A DNA stretch of 11,882 nucleotides, taken from the IMG/VR virus record IMGVR_UViG_2548876958_000016; one strand, given 5' to 3'. Both the position numbers and the translations under genes were made by a program. Origin of the DNA: a virus. Taxonomy: Duplodnaviria; Heunggongvirae; Uroviricota; Caudoviricetes. Below the pieces are notes generated by a model. The model saw only the letters and a program-made list of their open reading frames with translations. It was not told the DNA's origin and ran no database searches. This document shows, one piece after another, positions 6,708-11,882 of the stretch (position 1 is the stretch's first letter; the number at the start of each line of letters is the position of its first letter).

Positions 6708-7762
6708 TGGCAGGCAAAGCAACGGCACTTAACACTAACCAGCTTTTCATGTACCTGAATCGCGGGGATATTGCGGATTTTAAATTCAGCCCTCTGTTTA
6801 CCACGCTGTTTTTCCCGAACGTGGCGACATTCAACACGCAGGACATCATGTTAGATAACCTGGATATTGAAGAAGTCACTATGTCGGCGTTTTGTTCGCC
6901 TATGGTTGGCAGCCAGGTTCAGCGCGATAAAGGGTACGAAACCAGCATTATCCGCCCTGGCTACATGAAGCCAAAACACGAAATCGATCCATTAAAAACA
7001 ATAATGCGCATGGCTGGAGAAGATCCGGCACAGCTTAACGATCCTACCTACCGCCGTATGCGCCTGATTACTGGCAACATGCGCCGCCAGATAAACGCCA
7101 TTAAGGCACGCGTTGAATGGCTGGCGGTGAATGCGGTAACGACCGGAAAAAACATCATTGAGGGCGAAGGCATAGAACGCTATGAAATCGACTGGAAGAT
7201 ACCGGAAAAAAACATCATAGAGCAGGCCGACGGTAAAAAATGGTCTGAGCAGGATAAAGACATACACGACCCAATATATGACATTGAACTATACGCAGAT
7301 CAGGCAGGTTGCCCCGCCAACGTCATGATTATGGGCGTTGATGTATGGCGCATGTTACGCAGCTTTAAAAAATTCCGTGAACTGTACGATCTCTCCCGTG
7401 GTTCAGAATCCGCCGCAGAGCTGGCATGTAAAAACCTGGGCGAAGTGGTGAGCTTTAAAGGCTATCTTGGTGATCTGGCCCTTATCGTCTATTCCGGCAA
7501 ATACACTGACAGCGACGGCACAGAAAAATATTTCCTTGAGCCTGATTTGCTTGTCCTGGGCAACACCAACAATAAAGGGCTGGTGGCCTATGGTGCGATT
7601 ATGGATCAGGACGCAGTAAGAACGGGGGCAACGCAAAACATGTACTACCCGAAAAACTGGATTGAGGACGGAGATCCGGCGATTGAGTACGTGCAGACGC
7701 ACAGCGCACCGCAGCCGGTTCCGGCAGATATTCGCAAATTTGTTACTGTCAAAATTGCTTAA
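6707..7762 (+). CDS. Major capsid protein, lambda gpE family (351 aa)
   Basis: SD GGGGG 6 nt upstream. Extended similarity to lambda E as I recall it: FKFSPLFTTLFF (lambda FKFDPLFLRLFF), RPGYMKPKHEIDP (TPGYVKPKHEVNP), DPTYRRMRLI (DPAYRRRRII), VSFKGYLGDLALIVYSGKY (VSYKGMYGDVAIVVYSGQY), LGNTNNKGLVAYGAIMDQDA (LGNTQARGLRTYGCIQDADA), YPKNWIEDGDPA (YPKNWVTTGDPA); length is close to lambda E (341 aa). Confidence 0.9.
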   Translation: MAGKATALNTNQLFMYLNRGDIADFKFSPLFTTLFFPNVATFNTQDIMLDNLDIEEVTMSAFCSPMVGSQVQRDKGYETSIIRPGYMKPKHEIDPLKTIMRMAGEDPAQLNDPTYRRMRLITGNMRRQINAIKARVEWLAVNAVTTGKNIIEGEGIERYEIDWKIPEKNIIEQADGKKWSEQDKDIHDPIYDIELYADQAGCPANVMIMGVDVWRMLRSFKKFRELYDLSRGSESAAELACKNLGEVVSFKGYLGDLALIVYSGKYTDSDGTEKYFLEPDLLVLGNTNNKGLVAYGAIMDQDAVRTGATQNMYYPKNWIEDGDPAIEYVQTHSAPQPVPADIRKFVTVKIA

Positions 7763-7773
7763 CGGGGGATTCT

Positions 7774-8109
7774 ATGGACACTCCATACATTGAGTTATTT
7801 GCAGGCAGTCAGCAGGTCGCCACGACGCTGGTACATTTTGCCGCTGATGCTGGCGTTATTCAGGAATTTACCCCGCTGATGCTGGCGGACAATGGCGAGT
7901 TTAAGCCGTGGGATGGTCAGGAATCTGGCAAGGCTGTTTATCTGACTTCGTATCCTGTGGACACGTCAAAGCAGAAATCAGCACAGTGTTACAAGACGGG
8001 GATATTCAATATTGCCGCCGTTAACTGGCCTGAGAGCGTCGACACCGATGCGAAAAAATGCGCCGCCTTTGCGGGTTCCGGCGTATCCGTTCAGCCGCTG
8101 GCCCGATAA
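7774..8109 (+). CDS. Head decoration protein, lambda gpD family (111 aa)
   Basis: SD GGGGGA upstream. TPLMLADNGEFKPWDGQ (lambda TPLMLDTSSRKLVAWDG), YKTGIFNIAAVNWPE (YKSGTFRYEDVLWPE), KKCAAFAGSGVSV (KKRTAFAGTAISIV); length matches gpD (110 aa). Gene order is E then D, the reverse of lambda. Confidence 0.85.
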   Translation: MDTPYIELFAGSQQVATTLVHFAADAGVIQEFTPLMLADNGEFKPWDGQESGKAVYLTSYPVDTSKQKSAQCYKTGIFNIAAVNWPESVDTDAKKCAAFAGSGVSVQPLAR

Positions 8110-8121
8110 GCAGGGGGAACG

Positions 8122-8535
8122 ATGGCAACGAATGAAAGCATCATGACGCTACCGCTGGCGAGTAAATTTAAAGCCGAAGCGCGGGCAATGGCTGACAGAG
8201 GTTTATCAACCTATGAGGCCGTATATCAACTAAACAAACTGGAAGAGCAGGACAAGCCGCGCGCTGATGCGATTATGGCGCTTCATGAGCATAAAGACTA
8301 TCAGCCGCTGTTACGTGCAATGGCAAACGTGCCATGTATTAGCGTCGATAATGCTCGTGAAATCCTGAACATGACCATAGAGCAGGAGCGCCCAAAGGTT
8401 GCACCAGAGCTTACCGCAGCCTTTGAAAACTTTATGGACATGCACAGCCCGCAAGCCGTATCAGCTGGCATGGCATACGATGGCAGAAACCAGGGCGATG
8501 ACGGCGACATCGATCGCATACTGAAAACCATCTGA
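8122..8535 (+). CDS. Hypothetical protein (137 aa), last gene of the capsid operon
   Basis: SD AGGGGGA (8112-8118), ATG 8122. Translation MATNESIMTLPLASKFKAEARAMADRGLSTYEAVYQLNKLEEQDKPRADAIMALHEHKDYQPLL... No family recognised. Its position after the capsid and decoration genes suggests a morphogenesis or packaging accessory role. Confidence 0.6.
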   Translation: MATNESIMTLPLASKFKAEARAMADRGLSTYEAVYQLNKLEEQDKPRADAIMALHEHKDYQPLLRAMANVPCISVDNAREILNMTIEQERPKVAPELTAAFENFMDMHSPQAVSAGMAYDGRNQGDDGDIDRILKTI

Positions 8536-8540
8536 GACAA

Positions 8541-8564
8541 GGCCGGAGAAATCCGGCTTTTTTT
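8541..8564 (+). terminator. Intrinsic terminator (copy 3 of the repeated hairpin)
   Basis: GCCGGA (8542-8547), loop GAAA, TCCGGC (8552-8557), T-run 8558-8564; almost base-for-base identical to copy 1. A second hairpin ACGGGTCC/GGACCCGT (8566-8573 and 8584-8591) follows and overlaps the start of cos. Confidence 0.7.
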
Positions 8565-8581
8565 ACGGGTCCTTTCCGGCA

Positions 8582-8640
8582 TATGGACCCGTTACGGGGC
8601 GGCGACCTCGCGGTTTTTCGCTATTTATGAGCCTTTTCAG
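8582..8640 (+). other. cos site 1: lambda-type cosN with a divergent cosB-side flank, oriented toward the small terminase gene
   Basis: GTTACGGGGCGGCGACCTCGCGGTTTTTCGCTATTTATGA (8591-8630) matches, with one mismatch, my recollection of the lambda cohesive-end region (GGGCGGCGACCT then CGCGGGTTTTCGCTATTTATGA); the 12-nt cohesive-end sequence sits at 8597-8608. After TTTATGA the sequence diverges from lambda cosB. Confidence 0.75.
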
Positions 8641-8702
8641 GGGGGTGGTGGTGGTTTTGTTGTTTGCTCTATCTTTATGAATGAAAAGGGAAAGATGCAA
8701 AC

Positions 8703-8740
8703 AATACACCAACCTGAAGCAGTAATTAAGTTGGTGTATT
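8703..8740. repeat. 11-bp inverted repeat immediately upstream of the small terminase start codon
   Basis: AATACACCAAC (8703-8713) and GTTGGTGTATT (8730-8740) separated by a 16-nt loop, ending 1 nt before ATG 8742. Candidate island-specific TerS-binding or translational control element. Confidence 0.45.
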
Positions 8741-8741
8741 A

Positions 8742-9284
8742 ATGAAATCGCACCTGATGAACAAAAAAAACATGGCGAAAAGCTGCCGTGTAAGTGCGAC
8801 AGCGTTCGACAAGTGGGGAGTGACTCCCGTTGAACGTAAAGGCCGTGAGGCGTTTTACGATGTTGCCAGCGTGATAGACAATAGGGTTAACAATGCAATT
8901 AGCCAGCTTACAAACGACAAAGGCGATATTGATGATGATGAACTCTTACGAGTCAGGATCAGATTACTGACAGCACAGGCGGAGGCGCAGGAACTTAAAA
9001 ACGAGCGCGATCGCGGTGACGTGATTGATACTGAGTTTTGCCTGTACGCGCTTTCAAAGCTGGCGAGTCAGATTTCATCAATCATGGACAGCCTCCCGCT
9101 TACTATGCAAAGGAGCTTCCCACAGATTACCCACGCCATGCTGGATAGGCTTAAAAGGGAAGTGGTTAAAGCCTGTAATGCCAGTGCCAGAGTTGCCGAC
9201 AACCTCCCACAGATACTGGCTGATTACTTGAAAGAAACAACCGGAAACGTACCGGAAAAGTTGCTACAGAAGAAAGGCGAGTAA
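8742..9284 (+). CDS. Terminase small subunit, lambda Nu1 family (180 aa; true start may be ATG 8757)
   Basis: Strong similarity to lambda Nu1 as recalled: LLTAQAEAQELKNERDRGDVIDTEFCLYALSKLASQISSIMDSLPLTMQRSFP (lambda LTRAQADAQELKNARDSAEVVETAFCTFVLSRIAGEIASILDGLPLSVQRRFP) and N-terminal MNKKNMAKS...FDKW (lambda MEVNKKQLADIFGASIRTIQNW). The C-terminal region that interacts with the large subunit in lambda looks conserved; the N-terminal DNA-recognition region is more diverged. Confidence 0.85.
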   Translation: MKSHLMNKKNMAKSCRVSATAFDKWGVTPVERKGREAFYDVASVIDNRVNNAISQLTNDKGDIDDDELLRVRIRLLTAQAEAQELKNERDRGDVIDTEFCLYALSKLASQISSIMDSLPLTMQRSFPQITHAMLDRLKREVVKACNASARVADNLPQILADYLKETTGNVPEKLLQKKGE

Positions 9285-9299
9285 CAGACGCGCAATTAT

Positions 9300-9489
9300 T
9301 GAACAAAACTGAGAAACGACATGAAAGCGTCATAAATCGCCATTTTAGATGATTACCGTGTCGTTTCTTTTTATTGTGTATCTATTTAAAAACAAATAGT
9401 TATGTTCGAGAAGTACCGACATGCTTTTTCCAGAAAAATTTTCATAAACAGATAAAAACCGCGAGGTCGCCGCCCCGTAACGGGCCATA
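9300..9489 (-). other. cos site 2: inverted lambda-like cos (cosN plus cosB-like flank) on the minus strand, pointing back toward terS
   Basis: Reverse complement of 9454-9489 equals the site-1 core. Read on the minus strand it continues GGGCGGCGACCTCGCGGTTTTTATCTGTTTATGAAAATTTTTCTGG..., then CATAACTATTTGTTTTTAAATAGATAC, AAAAGAAACGACA and GTCGTTTCTC. These resemble lambda TTTATGAAAATTTTCCGG, the I1-region CATAACTTAATGTTTTTATTTAAAATAC and R-site-like GTCGTTTCC elements, from memory. Confidence 0.75.
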
Positions 9490-9539
9490 ATTCCAGGAAG
9501 GACCCGACGACACCAGACTATCAGAGCGATGGGGGCACA

Positions 9540-9821
9540 ATGACAGAAGCCGAACTACTGGGATTAATCCGCCGCGTCGCCGGAATCAGCCAGCAGCATG
9601 ACGAACAGGCCACACAGCCGGACAGCGTGACCGCTGAAAATTATGTGCGTGTTGTAGCGGAAGTGATGCGCCGTGATGGTATAGAACTTAATGGCGTTGA
9701 TATGCGCAACATACGGAACCGCGTTCTTGAAATGCTGGCCTACAATCGCCGCGTTGAACTGTATCGGGAGAAAGAAAAAATAACGTACCACTGGAAGAAG
9801 CCGGAATGGCTGCGGCGGTAA
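9540..9821 (+). CDS. Hypothetical protein (93 aa) in the terminal accessory position of the island
   Basis: SD GGGGG (9531-9535), 4-nt spacer. Translation MTEAELLGLIRRVAGISQQHDEQATQPDSVTAENYVRVVAEVMRRDGIELNGVDMRNIRNRVLEMLAYNRRVELYREKEKITYHWKKPEWLRR. No family recognised. Confidence 0.5.
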   Translation: MTEAELLGLIRRVAGISQQHDEQATQPDSVTAENYVRVVAEVMRRDGIELNGVDMRNIRNRVLEMLAYNRRVELYREKEKITYHWKKPEWLRR

Positions 9822-10421
9822 CTTGCTGATATTCCCGATAACGCAAAATTGCGCTGGCTACATCCCTCACATCTGAGGACTGTTAACCAGAAGGCCGGAA
9901 TATATTCACAAACTACGAAATTTTCGTAGTTTAATTAATGGTCAGATTAATCGCTAACCCGCTGATATTTTCGGAAACCTCAATTTGAGGAAGTCGGAAG
10001 CGTCACCCTTCATATTCTGAATGGTCATAATGACCACGCAGACCATCAAGGCAACCACAACGAACATCGTTACGGTTGGAGCTTTTACCCCACTGGGGGA
10101 AAGGTATTACGATAATCATAACACCTACCGAACAGGTAAAACCCACCAGCCTGATTAACAGTTAACCGGAAAAAAATCCGGTAGCCCCGTTATGGGGATC
10201 CCCATATCGACATTAACGCCCCTCATGAATTGGTGCGCTTCCCCCTGGAAAGATTACCCGCCTGTATATTTCTTGTGTCTATTTGTTCCACGTTGTTTCA
10301 TACAGTGCACCGAACGGTGTAGTTAATGGTGTAGTCAATTTGCTGTTTTTAGCACTTTTTGCAGTGTGGGTTGTTTAATTAAATCAATGGTTTGCCTTGC
10401 TGTGGTGATAAAAGGACATAT

Positions 10422-11882
10422 TTATTCATCTTTCGGCGCAGAATGCTGGCGACCAAAAATCACCTCCATCCGCGCACCGCCCAGCATGCTCTCTCCGGCG
10501 ACGATTTTACCCTCATATTGCTCGGTGATTTCGCGGGCTACCGCCAGCCCTACACCTTGCCCAGGGCGTAAAGTATCAACCCGTTGACCACGGTCGAAAA
10601 TGACCTCTCGCTTGCTTAATGGAATACCGGGGCCATCATCCTCGACCACAATATAGAGATGCTCGTCGGTTTGCCTTGCAGAAATTTCGACAAACTCGAG
10701 GCAATATTTACAGGCATTATCCAGCACGTTGCCCATCACCTCGACAAAATCGTTCTGCTCACCGACAAAGCTGATCTCTGGCGAAATATCGAGAGAGATA
10801 TTGACCCCTTTGCGTTGATACACTTTGTTCAGCGCTGAGGTGAGATTGTCCAGCAGTGGGGCGACCGGATGCAGCTCGCGGCTGAGCAATGTCCCGCCGC
10901 GCATACTGGCACGATGCAGGTAGTAGCCAATTTGCTGTGAAATGCGGCTGATTTGCTCCAGCATTACCGGCTCAGCATCACTGACGCTCATCTTTTCACT
11001 ACGCAGAGAACGCAGCGTACTTTGCAGCACCGCCAGTGGCGTTTTCAGACTATGGGTCAGGTCGGTGAGCGTCGTACGGTATTTGTCGTAACGTTCGCGT
11101 TCACTTTTTAACAATCGGTTCAGGTTTCGTACCAGACTGGTCAGTTCTCGCGTTGTGGCTGGATTGAGCAATTCGCGGTTATGTTCTTCCAGTTCGCGGA
11201 CTTCTTTTGCCAGGGCTTCGATGGGGCGTAAACTCCACCAGGCGGCGACCCACAGCAGCGGGATCACTAACAGCAGATTGGCTGAGAGCACATAGATAAA
11301 CCAGCTCCAGACCATATAGGAACTTTTTAGCTCCACCGGAATGGTATCCACCACCACAATGGTTAATTTTGGCATCCGCGATGTTGCCGGGTAGACGTTT
11401 ACTGCCACCGAGTGGGTCATCTCCGCGTCGTCATCATCTTCCCGCACTTCCTGCAACTGTTGCTGTATCGAATGATCTCCACTCAGCAAGAGGCTGGTAT
11501 CGTTAACATCCGCTTCAATTTCATGAAAACCATTCGATTTCAGCCAGTCAGGCTGGATCATCTTCATCAGCCAGGGCACGTCACGTTGCGCCCATAAAAG
11601 CTGCCCGTTCTCATCATAAATTAGCGTCATGGTGGGGCTTTGCTTGTCGATATTTTCGGGTAACTCGACATGCAACTTATTGTTTTCCCACTTCGCAAGG
11701 GTATAGAACAGATTGCTCTCGCCACGTAACAGCCGAAACGTAGTTTTATCGAAACTGACGCTATAACCGATCAGCGCGACCATTCCGTAGGCAAGCGAAA
11801 GCACCAGTACTACCGCAGCCGTTGCCAACAGAAAACGTACCCGCAGTGAGAGCGGGAAAAAAAGACGCAGTAATTTTTTCAT
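10422..11882 (-). CDS. phoQ: Sensor histidine kinase PhoQ of the PhoP/PhoQ two-component system (486 aa, complete)
   Basis: Translation begins [40 protein letters not shown]..., has the acidic periplasmic patch EDDDDAE, the phospho-acceptor His box ([12 protein letters not shown]) and G-box motifs (DDGPGIP, GQGVGL). It matches E. coli PhoQ as I recall it in length and sequence. The window ends exactly at its start codon. Confidence 0.97.
   Translation of the reverse strand: MKKLLRLFFPLSLRVRFLLATAAVVLVLSLAYGMVALIGYSVSFDKTTFRLLRGESNLFYTLAKWENNKLHVELPENIDKQSPTMTLIYDENGQLLWAQRDVPWLMKMIQPDWLKSNGFHEIEADVNDTSLLLSGDHSIQQQLQEVREDDDDAEMTHSVAVNVYPATSRMPKLTIVVVDTIPVELKSSYMVWSWFIYVLSANLLLVIPLLWVAAWWSLRPIEALAKEVRELEEHNRELLNPATTRELTSLVRNLNRLLKSERERYDKYRTTLTDLTHSLKTPLAVLQSTLRSLRSEKMSVSDAEPVMLEQISRISQQIGYYLHRASMRGGTLLSRELHPVAPLLDNLTSALNKVYQRKGVNISLDISPEISFVGEQNDFVEVMGNVLDNACKYCLEFVEISARQTDEHLYIVVEDDGPGIPLSKREVIFDRGQRVDTLRPGQGVGLAVAREITEQYEGKIVAGESMLGGARMEVIFGRQHSAPKDE

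Larger units (their letters stand above)
1..9870 (+). mobile_element. Integrated phage satellite (PICI / P4-family-like), right-hand portion; left end and att outside the window, right boundary uncertain
   Basis: The int - alpA - repressor - rep helicase - iteron ori - ssb - capsid/terS - cos layout is characteristic of phage-inducible chromosomal islands. It lies beside the core gene phoQ, with about 600 bp of non-coding DNA between the last island gene and phoQ. Confidence 0.6.

Noticed and set aside
8582-9489. The 36-bp inverted repeats as terminal inverted repeats of an insertion sequence or MITE
   Set aside because: The enclosed gene is a Nu1-like small terminase, not a transposase, and the repeat contains the lambda cohesive-end sequence followed by cosB-like elements. 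Inverted cos sites is the better explanation.
10366-10587. 73-aa plus-strand ORF
   Set aside because: It lies antisense to the 3' end of the confidently identified phoQ, with no SD. Spurious.

Overview
This window appears to be the right-hand ~10 kb of an integrated phage satellite (PICI / P4-family-like island), ending beside the chromosomal sensor kinase gene phoQ (10422..11882, minus strand). All calls rest on reading the translations and sequence by eye; no searches were run. Left to right: the 3' part of a tyrosine integrase (1..609), an AlpA-like regulator (975..1163), a divergently transcribed ribbon-helix-helix repressor (1664..1837, minus strand, not in the ORF track) with two palindromic operators over back-to-back promoters, a translationally coupled operon of four small unknown genes ending in an AAA/RecA-type replication helicase (3356..4756), an iteron array (4755..4946), an SSB-like protein and a PerC-like regulator. 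A late module follows: a lambda gpE-like major capsid protein (6707..7762), a gpD-like decoration protein (7774..8109) and a Nu1-like small terminase (8742..9284), but no portal, protease or large terminase in the window. The most striking observation is two inverted copies of a lambda-type cosN (8582..8618 and 9454..9489) bracketing the small terminase gene, each with a different cosB-side flank. The two cosN copies and the capsid/decoration/TerS-only gene set together suggest a cos-packaged satellite that supplies its own capsid shell and packaging specificity while borrowing the rest from a lambdoid helper. The island's right boundary (somewhere in 9822..10421) and its att site cannot be fixed from this window.
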